Shown here piece after piece: positions 38,322-48,666 of a stretch of DNA of 64,000 nt. Each line of letters begins with the position of its first letter. Positions within the stretch are counted from its first letter, which is position 1. The stretch spans positions 1,888,100 to 1,952,099 of the forward strand of contig CBDFGA010000004.1 of NCBI GenBank assembly GCA_965246955.1, given 5' to 3'. This stretch comes from Chthonomonadaceae bacterium. GTDB lineage: Bacteria > Armatimonadota > Chthonomonadetes > Chthonomonadales > Chthonomonadaceae. The notes beneath the pieces are model-generated. The model ran no database searches and had not been told where the DNA came from. It saw nothing but the letters and a program-made list of their open reading frames with translations. Both the position numbers and the translations under genes were made by a program.

Positions 38322-38899
38322 GGCGAGCGGCGCTAATGTTTACCGCCTGTTGCCTGTCGCCTGCTCTTTCCGGTTGCGTAGACCCGATTCCGCCCTCCAC
38401 GCTGGCGAAAAAAGTGGCGGAGAAAAAAGAGCCGGCCCCGATTCCGGCGCGGATTGACGGTAAAGGCTGGCATATCCAGTGGAAATCCCGCGATACCTCA
38501 AAGACGCGGGCGCAGGCCGTTCCTGTGCTGGTGGCGGATGCGGAGACGGGCGAATTTACCAGCGACACCGACCCGCCCGCGCTCGGCCTCAACACCGTGC
38601 AGGCGCAGATTTTTCAGGACGGCAGGCACGTCGCGGATATGACGGCGGCGCGAATTGACGCCGACCGGGGCGAAGATACGATCTATGGCAGCGGCGGCGT
38701 CACCCTCCATTCGCTGACTAATCCGCTCGATACGACGATAACAGCCGACGCGATGCAGTGGCAGGCCGATGGCAGCCGCCTGATTGCGGAGGGCGGCGCG
38801 AAACTGACGCGACCGGCGCAGGGCAAAACGCCCGCGTTCGCGCAATCGGGCAACCGGATTACTTACGACTTGAAGCGGGGAAATTTTGATGTCCAGTAA
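38318..38899 (+). CDS. LptC-like lipoprotein (LPS export periplasmic component)
   Basis: Lipobox LSGC. Position immediately upstream of the OstA/LptA-like gene and lptB-lptFG. Confidence 0.4.
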   Translation: MRRAALMFTACCLSPALSGCVDPIPPSTLAKKVAEKKEPAPIPARIDGKGWHIQWKSRDTSKTRAQAVPVLVADAETGEFTSDTDPPALGLNTVQAQIFQDGRHVADMTAARIDADRGEDTIYGSGGVTLHSLTNPLDTTITADAMQWQADGSRLIAEGGAKLTRPAQGKTPAFAQSGNRITYDLKRGNFDVQ

Positions 38900-40775
38900 A
38901 CTTGTCCACCGCGCCATGCCATGCGCTTTCGGCCTGATTTGCGCGGCGTTGTATCTGCCCGCGTCGGCGCGGCCCAAACAGACGCCCGCGCCGCCAAAAC
39001 AGGTAAATCCCGCGCCGCAAAAAGACAATCTGGAAACGCAGTACGGTGATATTCGCATCACAAAAGCGCATAATATCAAGGGTAAGGGCGACTTTTCCGG
39101 CGTACAGATTAGCGGCAAAGAGACGCTCGTCACCGTCCCGTACCCGCGCAGCCATTCCGTGCTTGTCCTTCATGCCGACGCTATTAAGACCAAATCCGAG
39201 GGCAGCGACCAGTTTGCTCACGCCAACCTGACCGGCAATGTCCGTTACACGATGACGCAGAACGTCGAGGGCGGCGCAGCGCGAATCGTGACGGGAACGG
39301 CGCAGCGGGCGGTCTTTAACCACAAATCGCAGCGGATTGAGATGGACGGCGGCGTTCAGGTGACCCTGACCGACCCGGAGCGCCTTGCTATGCCCGCCAC
39401 AATCCGCGCCGCCCGCGCCATTGTGGAAATGGACAAATCGCCTTACCTCTACACGCTGTCCGGCCCCGCCGCCGCAAACGATATTACGTTTCTGCCGAAA
39501 GAGGACGCGCCGAAAGCGGGCGAGAAACCAAAGCCCAACGGAGTCAGGAACGGCATCGGGGCCGTCCACGTTTCCGGCTATACGACCGGGACGTTCCAAA
39601 TCGGAGAGCGGGCGCACTTCGAAGGCGATGGCACGACCATTGAACTGAACGGCAGAGACCAACTTTCCCACGCCGAAATCCGCGCCGCCACATTCGACGC
39701 GACATTCAAGATAGTGGCGAAACGCTCGGCCTTGAAATCCGCAATCGCAACAGGCGGGACGCGCTACCATATCCTGCGCCCGGAACCGCCAAAGAAACCG
39801 GCGGGCAGTCCGCCTGAGGACAACCCACTGGCAGACACTCCGCCCGCTGACCAGAAGCCCGTTTTAGACGACCTCACGGGACGCAGCGACCGGCTGGAGT
39901 ATCAGGCCGGTGATGCAGAAGCAAAGAACGCCGCCGAACAAGAGACGAAATTTACGCTGGCAGGCCATGTGGACGCCGACATTCTGGCCCCCGGAACCCT
40001 GCGCGGCCCCGCAAAAATTATGGTGGATCGGCTGATTGCCCACGTCTCGAAGCCCTATTCTTACGAGATGAAAAGCGCGGCGCGGAACGGCGTGATACGT
40101 TTCGCTCCCGCGCAAAAAATTGCGCCGCCCGCAAGACCGGGCGAAGATACTCCGCCGAAAGCGCCGCGAGTCGCGCTCGGAATTATCACCGTTTCGCGCT
40201 TCGATTACGGGATGTATGCGCCGGGAAACAGTCTCCGCCTGACGACCACGCAGGGCAAAATTCTGCTGCAAAGCGACGACGCCGCAACGAAAACGCAGTC
40301 CCGCTTTCTGGCCCGCGACATTACCGCCAATATCGCGCCGGACAACCATGTCACGCTGGCAAAAGCGACGGGCGAGGTAGAGTTCCGCGTCCTGCAAACT
40401 TTGATGAAAGAGCGGGAAGACGAAAAAACAAAGAAAAAGACGACGTTTGAGATTCCGCAGATTATCGAAGGGACAGCGCCGGAACTGGATTTCGCCGCAA
40501 TGGACGAAGGCCGCAGCCTGACGATGCCGGGGCCGTTCCGCGCTACGGTTTCCGACCCCTCGCGCCTGGTGCAGCCCGGAAGACTCACGGGGGAAGCGGG
40601 CGACAAACTAATCTTGACCGTGACGGGCGAAACTTACGATTACGAACTGCAAAGCGACCGGCAGACCGCGCAGGTGGAATTTACCCCCCTTCCGCCCGCA
40701 AAAAAGCCCGCCGAAAAGCCCGGTGCGGACGGCAAAAAGTCCGCCATCAAAGTAAAAAAAGTTTCCATGCGGTAA
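38886..40775 (+). CDS. Large OstA/LptA-domain periplasmic protein
   Basis: Signal peptide. Repeated OstA_N-like beta-jellyroll segments. Lies between lptC-like and lptB. Confidence 0.5.
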   Translation: MMSSKLVHRAMPCAFGLICAALYLPASARPKQTPAPPKQVNPAPQKDNLETQYGDIRITKAHNIKGKGDFSGVQISGKETLVTVPYPRSHSVLVLHADAIKTKSEGSDQFAHANLTGNVRYTMTQNVEGGAARIVTGTAQRAVFNHKSQRIEMDGGVQVTLTDPERLAMPATIRAARAIVEMDKSPYLYTLSGPAAANDITFLPKEDAPKAGEKPKPNGVRNGIGAVHVSGYTTGTFQIGERAHFEGDGTTIELNGRDQLSHAEIRAATFDATFKIVAKRSALKSAIATGGTRYHILRPEPPKKPAGSPPEDNPLADTPPADQKPVLDDLTGRSDRLEYQAGDAEAKNAAEQETKFTLAGHVDADILAPGTLRGPAKIMVDRLIAHVSKPYSYEMKSAARNGVIRFAPAQKIAPPARPGEDTPPKAPRVALGIITVSRFDYGMYAPGNSLRLTTTQGKILLQSDDAATKTQSRFLARDITANIAPDNHVTLAKATGEVEFRVLQTLMKEREDEKTKKKTTFEIPQIIEGTAPELDFAAMDEGRSLTMPGPFRATVSDPSRLVQPGRLTGEAGDKLILTVTGETYDYELQSDRQTAQVEFTPLPPAKKPAEKPGADGKKSAIKVKKVSMR

Positions 40776-40892
40776 TGAAAACGTCCATCAGCGTGTCCGG
40801 GCCGTAAACAGCCCGTCTGAAAAACGTGCCGCCAACCGGTCAAAGGGCCGGGAATACCGAAAATTCTGGCTTCTAACTTCTGACTTCTTCCT

Positions 40893-41708
40893 ATGAAAAT
40901 TTCTGCGCACAACTTAGTTAAATCGTATCGCGGTCGGCGTGTCGTCAACGGCATCAGCATCGAGGTCGGGGAGGGCGAGGTCGTCGGCCTGCTGGGGCCG
41001 AACGGCGCGGGCAAAACGACGACCTTCTACATGATCGTCGGACTGGTCAGGCCGCAAAGCGGACAAGTCCTGCTGGACGCGCAGGACATCACCCGATTGC
41101 CGATGTACCGCCGCGCTCGCGCCGGAATCAGTTATCTGCCGCAGGAGGCGTCCGTTTTTCGCAATCTCACCGTCGCGGAGAACCTGATGCTGGTGCTGCA
41201 AATGCAGAAAATCCCGGCGTCGGAACGTAAGCCCCGCGCCGAGAAACTCATGGAAGACCTGCATATTACGCACCGCCGCAACGATCTGGGCAAAACGCTC
41301 TCCGGCGGCGAACGGCGGCGCGTGGAAATTGCCCGCGCCCTGGCAGCGAGTCCGCGCTTTATTCTGCTGGACGAACCGTTTACGGGAGTTGACCCCAAAG
41401 CGATTGAGGACATTGAAATCATTATTCAGCGCCTTTCCAAACAGGACAACATCGGCATTTTGATTACCGATCACAACGTCGAGGCCATGTTGCGCATCAC
41501 AGAACGCGCCTACATCGTCGCGGAGGGCGAAAAGCGCTTTGACGACGTTTCCTCGCAGCTTTTAGAGAACGCGGAGGCCCGCGCCTACTATTTCGGAGAA
41601 CGCTACGGGCGCACTTCGCCGGACGCCGCCCGCATTGCGGCGGAAGCGGAACTCAACTCGGAGGCCCTGGAGGCGCAGCGCCGGGAAGACAACGATGCGC
41701 CTCATTGA
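40893..41708 (+). CDS. lptB: LPS export ABC transporter ATP-binding protein LptB
   Basis: Walker A GPNGAGKTT, signature LSGGERRRVEIARAL, LptB-specific C-terminal extension. Confidence 0.9.
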   Translation: MKISAHNLVKSYRGRRVVNGISIEVGEGEVVGLLGPNGAGKTTTFYMIVGLVRPQSGQVLLDAQDITRLPMYRRARAGISYLPQEASVFRNLTVAENLMLVLQMQKIPASERKPRAEKLMEDLHITHRRNDLGKTLSGGERRRVEIARALAASPRFILLDEPFTGVDPKAIEDIEIIIQRLSKQDNIGILITDHNVEAMLRITERAYIVAEGEKRFDDVSSQLLENAEARAYYFGERYGRTSPDAARIAAEAELNSEALEAQRREDNDAPH

Positions 41709-42843
41709 CAAACTGATTTTAAAGGAGATCGTCGGCCCGTTCATCAATGGGCTGATGATGTTTATGATGCTGCTGTTCGCCGCCGCCTATCTTTTTCCGG
41801 CGACCGAACTGCTCGTCAAAGGCGTCCCATTTCTCACGGTGCTGTATCTCACGGTCTTGAGCCTGCCGACCGTCGTGACGCAGACCTTTCCGATGGCGAT
41901 GCTGCTGGGTGGACTGATGGCGTTCGGGCGACTTTCCAATGACCGGGAGGCCGTTGCGATTTTTGCGGCGGGCATCAGTTTCCCCCGCGCAATCCGGGCA
42001 ATCTGGATTGTGGGAACCGTTGTCAGCGTGGTCGCGTTCTTCTGGAACGATCTCGTGGTGCCGCCCGCCATGCGCCAGTACTGGGACGTGCGGCAGCAGG
42101 CCGTCAAGAAGATGCTCCATTCCAAACAGGCCATTAACTACTCAATCGCCGTGCCGGACGGCTCGATGCAGGCGGAAAACGTCACGGCGAACGGCGGATT
42201 TGACGCGGCGACGCGAACCCTGCGCCGCGTCACCATCGTCAAATATAAGGCGCTGGAACCGAAGCGCGGCGCTCCCGAAATCCTGATCTACTGCGACCGC
42301 GCCGAAGCGCACGATGACCGGGGCCTGCAATGGAAATACTACGACGGCTATTTCACCTCGTCCGGCGTAGACGACAAAACGGGACAAATCGAAGATACCG
42401 TCCGCGTGGATTTTAAGGAACTGGCGACGCTGCCGCAGGGCGCGACGATTGGCAAGGCCTTTGATGAAGTCCTGAATGTGGACGTGAACGACCCAAACCG
42501 CCTGAGTTTCAATCAGCTTCGCGCCGAAATTAACGCAGACCGGGCGCGGGGCGAAGAATCGCGGGGCAAAGAGGTAGACCTTTACGGCAAAATCGCCCTG
42601 CCGCTGGCCTCACTGATTTTCGGCGTCGTCGGGGCGGCGTTAGGATTGAACACGCAGCGCGGCGGCGGCAAGGCCGTCGGCTTCGGCATGGCGATTTTTA
42701 TCGTTTTCCTGTACTGGGTGTTTTACCACGCGATGTTTGTAGTCGGTAAAAATGGCGGGCTTCCGCCCATCCTCGCCAGTTTTCTGGCCGATATTGTCGG
42801 CGCAATCGCCGGACTAATCCTTGCGGCGCGGGCATCAAGATAA
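41695..42843 (+). CDS. LPS export permease LptF/LptG family (YjgP/YjgQ)
   Basis: MRLIDKLILKEIVGPF N-terminus, six TM helices with large periplasmic loop. Overlaps lptB stop. Confidence 0.85.
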   Translation: MRLIDKLILKEIVGPFINGLMMFMMLLFAAAYLFPATELLVKGVPFLTVLYLTVLSLPTVVTQTFPMAMLLGGLMAFGRLSNDREAVAIFAAGISFPRAIRAIWIVGTVVSVVAFFWNDLVVPPAMRQYWDVRQQAVKKMLHSKQAINYSIAVPDGSMQAENVTANGGFDAATRTLRRVTIVKYKALEPKRGAPEILIYCDRAEAHDDRGLQWKYYDGYFTSSGVDDKTGQIEDTVRVDFKELATLPQGATIGKAFDEVLNVDVNDPNRLSFNQLRAEINADRARGEESRGKEVDLYGKIALPLASLIFGVVGAALGLNTQRGGGKAVGFGMAIFIVFLYWVFYHAMFVVGKNGGLPPILASFLADIVGAIAGLILAARASR

Positions 42844-42845
42844 AG

Positions 42846-42958
42846 GGGGTCGGGGTTCGGGTGTCGGGTGTCGAAAAACAAGCTTGTATGCTGAACGTTT
42901 GTAACAATTTCAAGCGAACAAGGCATTGCTCGACACCCGACACCCGAACCCCGACACC
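42846..42958. repeat. MITE-like element, family B, copy 2
   Basis: ggggtcggggttcgggtgtcgggtgtcg ... cgacacccgacacccgaaccccgacacc. Solo arm-like fragment also at 48630-48660. Confidence 0.85.
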
Positions 42959-42970
42959 TGTTTTGGAGAA

Positions 42971-44608
42971 ATGGCAATGATCTGGACTCTCCTCGCTCTG
43001 GTCAGCATGATTGCGCTGGGCGGGTTCATCTCGTATTACGGCGATTTGCAGGGGCGGCGCTGGGGCAAAAAGCGCGTGTCGTGGTTCGGCCTGCGTCCCA
43101 AACATACTGCGATTGTGATTACGAGTATTACCGGCGCGTTTATTGCGCTGTTTAGCATCGTGACGGTGCTGCTGATTGCCCCGCCGGTGCGCCGAATTGC
43201 CCTGCACGGCGAGCAGGCGATCCGCGACAATCAAGACCTCAACGCGCAGTACGAGCGCAAAAACCGCGATTACGAGAACATACTGCGCGAAAAATCGGTG
43301 CAGGAAGCGACGGCGCGGGCGAAATATAACACCCTGAATCTGGACTTGCAGCAGGCCACAAAGGAACTCCGCGAGACCCAGCAGCAAAAGACTGACAGCC
43401 AGCGGCAATTAGACGCGCTGTTCACCAAAAACAAGGCGTTGCAGGTCAGTTTCTACCAGACCGAACGCGACTTGAAGCAGCGGCAGGTCAAAATCGCCGC
43501 GTTGGAGCGGGAAGGCGCGGCGCTGACGCGGCAAAAAATGGCGCTGAATCGCAGTATCGCCGACCTGAACAAGACGATTGCGGCGGAAACGTTCACGAAC
43601 CGCAGCGTCGGCAAACAGAATTACGACCTGGTGCGGCAGCGGACGGCGTTGGAGGCCGCGACGAAACTGCTAACCGAAAAGAACGCCGCGCTCATTACGC
43701 TCAAAACCGGGCTGGAAAAAGACGCGGCGGAACTGAACCACAAAAACCAAATTTTGCTCGATTCTAACAAGATGCTGCTCGACGCCAACGCGGATACGCA
43801 GCGGCAAAACGAGGCCGAAGCGCGGAAATTAGAGGAGAAGATTCAGCAGCTAACCGCCCAGCGCGATCAGCTCTACGGACTGCTGCAAAACGCGGACGGC
43901 ACGAATGACCGCTACGCCGCCCTGCGGCAGCGGCCCATCGTCCTCCATTCCGGCGAGATGCTGGCGCGGCGAACACTTGACGCCCATCTCGGCGAAGCGG
44001 CGGTGCGGCGCGAACTTCAAGAACTGATGAACGACGCGAACGCGGTGGCCCTGCTGCGCGGCGCGGGGCGCGGCGAAAACGGACGCACCGTCATGCTGTT
44101 CAATCACCGGAACGTGGCCCTTGCCGGTTCGCAGGCGTCGGACGAACGCTCGACCCTCGACGCGCTGGTAGAGAAATTGACCGGACTGAACGCCCCCGCG
44201 CTTCTCTCTGCGAACACGCTGGCGAACACGGTCACAGGCGAACAGGCGCTCCTTGATTTCACCGCGCAGCCCATTGTCCCGACGTTTCGCAAGGGCGAGG
44301 TAGTGGCGCAGTCTGGCGTGATTGACGGCGGCAGACCAATCCGTCAAATGATCGAATCCATCGTGCAGTTTTTGCAAAGCGACGTGCGGGATGCGGCCCT
44401 GAAACGCGGCGCGACACCGCAGATTGACCCCGCAACCGGCGCGAAACAGGTGGGCGCGTTCGGCCCCGCCGACCTCGTGGAATTGACCGATAAAGTGCGG
44501 CGGACGGGCGGAAAAGTCACGATTACGGCGGTCGCGGCCCAATCCCTGAACTCGGCGGAACCGCTGCGCCTCACCTTCCGCGTCGCTCGCCTGCAAAAAG
44601 ACCTATGA
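42971..44608 (+). CDS. DUF3084-family membrane-anchored coiled-coil protein
   Basis: N-terminal TM, GDLQGRRWGKKRVSWFGLRPKHTA motif typical of DUF3084, about 300 aa of coiled coil. Confidence 0.7.
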   Translation: MAMIWTLLALVSMIALGGFISYYGDLQGRRWGKKRVSWFGLRPKHTAIVITSITGAFIALFSIVTVLLIAPPVRRIALHGEQAIRDNQDLNAQYERKNRDYENILREKSVQEATARAKYNTLNLDLQQATKELRETQQQKTDSQRQLDALFTKNKALQVSFYQTERDLKQRQVKIAALEREGAALTRQKMALNRSIADLNKTIAAETFTNRSVGKQNYDLVRQRTALEAATKLLTEKNAALITLKTGLEKDAAELNHKNQILLDSNKMLLDANADTQRQNEAEARKLEEKIQQLTAQRDQLYGLLQNADGTNDRYAALRQRPIVLHSGEMLARRTLDAHLGEAAVRRELQELMNDANAVALLRGAGRGENGRTVMLFNHRNVALAGSQASDERSTLDALVEKLTGLNAPALLSANTLANTVTGEQALLDFTAQPIVPTFRKGEVVAQSGVIDGGRPIRQMIESIVQFLQSDVRDAALKRGATPQIDPATGAKQVGAFGPADLVELTDKVRRTGGKVTITAVAAQSLNSAEPLRLTFRVARLQKDL

Positions 44609-44692
44609 TCCCCGCTTCCTACCAATCGCCGACGCGCTCCCCCTTCCCTGTGAGCGTAGCGAACGCATTAGGGAAGGGGGTTGGGGGGTTAG

Positions 44693-45109
44693 GTGATTAT
44701 ACTTGCCATTGATCCGGGACGGGCGAAGTGCGGCCTTGCCGTGATGCGCGACGACGGTGAACTGCTCGCGCAATGCGTCGTGGAAACGCTGACGCTCATC
44801 ACGGTCATCAATAGCGCCTGCCGCCAATTCGCGCCCGCCCTGATTTTGCTTGGCAACGGCACGGGATCGAAGCCGATTCACGAAGCCCTTGTATCCGCAA
44901 ATCTGCCGCTTGCTATCGAATTAGTGGAAGAATCGCATACGTCGGAGGAGGCGCGAAAGCGATTTGTGGCGGAAAATCCGGCGCAGGGCTGGCAGCGGTT
45001 CCTCCCGTACAGCCTGCGGACGCCCGATAAGCCTTACGATGATTATGTCGCGATTATTCTGGCGGAACGTTATTTCGCGCAGCAAAAAAACTTGGAGTCT
45101 GAGAAGTGA
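44693..45109 (+). CDS. RuvX/YqgF-like RNase H-fold nuclease (putative pre-16S rRNA nuclease / resolvase-like)
   Basis: ILAIDPGRAKCGLAV, LLGNGTGSK, EESHTSEEA parallel RuvX motifs. GTG start. Confidence 0.5.
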   Translation: MIILAIDPGRAKCGLAVMRDDGELLAQCVVETLTLITVINSACRQFAPALILLGNGTGSKPIHEALVSANLPLAIELVEESHTSEEARKRFVAENPAQGWQRFLPYSLRTPDKPYDDYVAIILAERYFAQQKNLESEK

Positions 45110-45888
45110 AAATCGCCTATTTCGATTGTTTTAGCGGCGTCAGCGGGGACATGATGCTCGGCGCGTTACTCGATGCGGGCGTGGACGAGGCGGCATGGCG
45201 TGGCGAACTGGCGAAACTCAACGTTCCCGGCTACGCCCTCACGATTGGCAAGGTCGTCAAAGAGGGCATCTCCGGCACGGACGTGGACGTAGTGTTGCAG
45301 GAGCAGGACGAGGCGCACGGGCGGCATTTAAGCGACATTGCCGCGATTCTCAATGGCAGCGGACTCGCGGAAAACGTCCGCTGCCGCGCTCTGGGCGCGT
45401 TCACCGGTCTGGCCCGCGCCGAAGCGAAAATCCACGCCATGACCCCCGAAAGCATCCATTTTCACGAGGTCGGGGCGATTGACGCCATCGTGGATATTGT
45501 CGGGGCGTGCATCGGGCTGGACTTGCTGGGCGTGGAGAAAGTCTACTGCTCGCCGCTGCCCTTTAATCGCGGATGGGTAGAGTGCGCTCACGGGACAATG
45601 CCCGTCCCCGCGCCCGCCACGCTGGAGCTGCTGACCGGCTTCGCCCTGCGTCCCGACGACCGCCCGAAAGAACTCATCACGCCGACGGGCGCGGCGCTGC
45701 TGGCGGAATTTGCGGAGCGCAATCCGACCGGAGACATCGCGCCCCCGCCGCCCTTCCGCCTGCAAAGGGTGGGGTACGGCGCGGGCAAACGCGACTCGTG
45801 GATTCCCAACCTGCTGCGCCTGCTCGTTGGCGAGACCTGTGAAGCCCCGCTGAAAAGACCGTCCGGGACGCGGCGCGTCGGACGGTAA
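45106..45888 (+). CDS. larC: LarC-family (DUF111) protein, N-terminal domain only
   Basis: MKIAYFDCFSGVSGDMMLGALLDAG, HFHEVGAIDAIVDIVG motifs. Ends after about 260 aa without the C-terminal domain. Confidence 0.65.
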   Translation: MKIAYFDCFSGVSGDMMLGALLDAGVDEAAWRGELAKLNVPGYALTIGKVVKEGISGTDVDVVLQEQDEAHGRHLSDIAAILNGSGLAENVRCRALGAFTGLARAEAKIHAMTPESIHFHEVGAIDAIVDIVGACIGLDLLGVEKVYCSPLPFNRGWVECAHGTMPVPAPATLELLTGFALRPDDRPKELITPTGAALLAEFAERNPTGDIAPPPPFRLQRVGYGAGKRDSWIPNLLRLLVGETCEAPLKRPSGTRRVGR

Positions 45889-45910
45889 TTTCGGCGGGTA
45901 CTGCGCCCGC

Positions 45911-46468
45911 CTACCGCTTCGCCGCTGCCGCTTCCGACAGGCCCGCAACTTTGACGGTAGACGGCGCAAACCGTCCGCCATACGCGAATCCGCCGGGAAG
46001 GGGCGTATACAGTTCAATCGCGATCTGCGAGAGGGGCATTTTCGTCACCGGATCGGGCTTCTCCGCCGGAGTGACCGAGGTAATCACCAGAATCGGAGCG
46101 TTCGCGTCCTTCACCCCTTCGAGCGGGGCGCGACCGGAGCGCGGTGTCGGCATCATCTTCATCAGGTTCTGGCGCATCATGCTGTTGTAGAAGGTGACGA
46201 CCGCTTTTTTATTCTCAAACCACGAGAAAATGGCTTTTTTCCCGCCGGGGGTTCCCACCGTTTCAATACCGAGACATCCCGGCGACTGCGCGACCGCCTT
46301 TGCCAGGTTGCCGAAGCGGTCTTGCTGCGGGGCGGCTGCGGGCGGGGGCGTCTGAGCGCGGGACTTCTGGGCGAAATGGGTCAGCAGCAGGCCGCTGACG
46401 GCGCAAAGGATGACGGCGGAGGCGAACACAAATGGGGCGCGGCGATTGCTCATGTTGTTTTGATTCAC
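45911..46468 (-). CDS. Secreted hypothetical protein
   Basis: Signal peptide / TM at N-terminus. No recognised motif. Confidence 0.45.
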   Translation of the reverse strand: MNQNNMSNRRAPFVFASAVILCAVSGLLLTHFAQKSRAQTPPPAAAPQQDRFGNLAKAVAQSPGCLGIETVGTPGGKKAIFSWFENKKAVVTFYNSMMRQNLMKMMPTPRSGRAPLEGVKDANAPILVITSVTPAEKPDPVTKMPLSQIAIELYTPLPGGFAYGGRFAPSTVKVAGLSEAAAAKR

Positions 46469-46536
46469 TCTCTTTCAGAATTTGCGTTAAGTTCGCCCGA
46501 TGCGACGTAAAATCCTTCCTGTGATCCGCGTTGGCA

Positions 46537-47292
46537 TTAGCGCGTCTCGTCGGTCTCGTCGGGGACGGTCGCCGTTTCGTTCTCATCGTCTTCCAGGTCG
46601 AAGTCCTCCGGCGCAAATTTCGCGCCCTTCTCCACCCCCGCAATCGCTACGATGTACTCGCCGCGCGGCGCTTTCTTCACGACATATTCCATCAGTTCAG
46701 AGAGTTTTCCGCGCTTAACTTCCTCAAATTTTTTCGTCAGATCGTTGCAGAGGGCGGCGTCCCGGTCGCCGTAAACAACCAGCGCGTCCCGGAAAAACGA
46801 CTCCAGACGGTAAGGGCTTTCGTAGAAAATCAGGGTATGCGGGGCGATGCGGTCAATGCCGAAGAATTTCTGGCGCGGGCCGGACTTGCGCGGCGGAAAA
46901 CCCCGAAACGTAAAACTATGGACGGGCAGGCCGGACAGCACCAGCGCCATAATCGGCCCCGCCGCGCCCGGAATCAGCGTAAATTCCAGTTCCGCTTCCA
47001 GAGCGCGGCGCACCAGCGTATAGCCCGGATCGGAGATTCCCGGCGTCCCCGCGTTAGTCACCAGCGCGACCGTTTTGCCCTCTTTCAGCAGCGCGATAAT
47101 CCGTTCGCCCGCCCGCGCCTCGTTATGCTCGTGGAACGCGATTTGCGGCTTCTTTATTTCGAAATGCTGAAGCAGCAGGCCCGTCTTGCGCGTGTCCTCG
47201 CTCGCCACAAAGTCGGCCTGCCGCAGCGTCTCCAACGCCCGCAAAGTGATGTCGCCCAGATTCCCAATCGGTGTTGCAACCAGAAACAGCAT
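46537..47292 (-). CDS. rsmI: 16S rRNA (cytidine1402-2'-O)-methyltransferase RsmI
   Basis: [13 protein letters not shown], tetrapyrrole-methylase fold motifs. Acidic C-terminal tail. Longer ORF-track start lies within repeat D2. Confidence 0.85.
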   Translation of the reverse strand: MLFLVATPIGNLGDITLRALETLRQADFVASEDTRKTGLLLQHFEIKKPQIAFHEHNEARAGERIIALLKEGKTVALVTNAGTPGISDPGYTLVRRALEAELEFTLIPGAAGPIMALVLSGLPVHSFTFRGFPPRKSGPRQKFFGIDRIAPHTLIFYESPYRLESFFRDALVVYGDRDAALCNDLTKKFEEVKRGKLSELMEYVVKKAPRGEYIVAIAGVEKGAKFAPEDFDLEDDENETATVPDETDETR

Positions 47293-47303
47293 GAAGACCT
47301 TTG

Positions 47304-47406
47304 GAATGATGAATGATGAATGATGAATCAAAATGCCTCCTTTGTTATTCGTGAAAACGGACAGCAAACGGGCGTATTAGATTCATCATTCATCATTCAT
47401 CATTTT
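47304..47406. repeat. MITE-like element, family D, copy 2
   Basis: gaatgatgaatgatgaatgatgaatc ... gattcatcattcatcattcatcatt. Lies between rsmI start and MBL gene stop. Confidence 0.85.
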
Positions 47407-48226
47407 TCTTAATAGTAAATCGCAATCCGTCGTAGCCCGGTGTGATATGATGCGGCGCGAAGGCCGCTTCCAGCTCTTCGTGCGTCAGGCCGCCGTGATG
47501 CGAAAAATGCGTTGTGACGAACGGACTTTCGGGCGCGAGATTGCCTTCCGCAATCCACTTTTCGCGCATGGCAATCACCTGCGCCATGTTCAGGTGACCG
47601 GGGTAGTCGCTGTCATGGGGGCCATTGGTACACTCCATGACCACGCCGTCCATCTTCACCGACTGTAAAGAGTTCCACGTTGCCGCGTCGTACCATCCCG
47701 TGTCGCTGGCATAGAGCAGAGTTGCGCCGTCCGCGCCCTCGATCAGGTAGTTAAAGCAGGTCATGTCCGGGTCGTGCCGCGCCAGAATCGGCGTCACGCG
47801 GTAATCTGAAACTTGCGCGGTCTGCCACGCCGTCAGCGTGTGGAGGGTGAGCGGAACATCCGCCGCATCGAACCGCCGCGCCAGTTCTTCGGTGACTTCC
47901 GGCGGGCCGAAAACGGGCAGGCGGAAATCACGCGGCGGACTCACGAAATACTTGCCGAGGTATTGCAGCTCCGCCGGACTGAAATGGTCGTCATGCGCGT
48001 GGGTGAAAAGCAGGGCCTCGACGCAGGCCAGGTCTACTCTATGCTGAATGATCTGGTGCAGCGTATCGGGAGAGAGATCAATTTTCAGTGTATCGTCAAT
48101 TAAGGCGCTGGCCCGCGTTCGGACATTTTTGCCGCCCAGTTTCCGCGCCCGAAGGCACGCCGCGCAGCGGCAAAACAGCCCCGGCCATCCCTCCGCCGCA
48201 GAAGTTCCGAGCAACTGAATCTCCAT
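47393..48226 (-). CDS. MBL-fold metallo-hydrolase (PhnP-like)
   Basis: HxHxDH motif (THAHDDH), downstream His/Asp ligands. Confidence 0.75.
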   Translation of the reverse strand: MEIQLLGTSAAEGWPGLFCRCAACLRARKLGGKNVRTRASALIDDTLKIDLSPDTLHQIIQHRVDLACVEALLFTHAHDDHFSPAELQYLGKYFVSPPRDFRLPVFGPPEVTEELARRFDAADVPLTLHTLTAWQTAQVSDYRVTPILARHDPDMTCFNYLIEGADGATLLYASDTGWYDAATWNSLQSVKMDGVVMECTNGPHDSDYPGHLNMAQVIAMREKWIAEGNLAPESPFVTTHFSHHGGLTHEELEAAFAPHHITPGYDGLRFTIKKNDE

Positions 48227-48383
48227 AGAATCCCCGTTTCCCGCGCCAACCAACGCGCCGCGCCTCTGAATCACGGAGAATCCTACAACGCCCCGCAATA
48301 TAAATTATAGGCTGAATCGCAACAGTCCGCTGTGACTTTTTTCACACCCGCAGTGTAAATTTTTACGCTGCGATTTTTTCGCG

Positions 48384-48614
48384 TCACAGATAATCGCCGT
48401 TCGGGGCGAAAACGCGCCCGCATTTCCAGCAATGCGCGGCGTCTTTCGCCGAAAGGCACTTGCAGCGAGGGCAGCAGCGCAGCTTGATCGGGAACCGCCC
48501 GCACTGCGGGCATTTCAGCGTATTGTCATAGGACAGCCCGCCGCAATGGTCGCAGCAGCCCGAACCATCTGCGCCATTCTGGATTTTGAATTTTGAATTT
48601 TGGATTGCGGTCAT
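48384..48614 (-). CDS. Double zinc-ribbon small protein
   Basis: CCDHCG..CPQCG and CCPRCKC..CWKCG pairs. N-terminus (QNSKFKIQN) encoded by a gaatttt heptad run. Confidence 0.5.
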   Translation of the reverse strand: MTAIQNSKFKIQNGADGSGCCDHCGGLSYDNTLKCPQCGRFPIKLRCCPRCKCLSAKDAAHCWKCGRVFAPNGDYL

Positions 48615-48666
48615 GCGCTTACCCTCTGATGCCCAATACCCGACCCCCGAACCCCGACGCCCGTTC

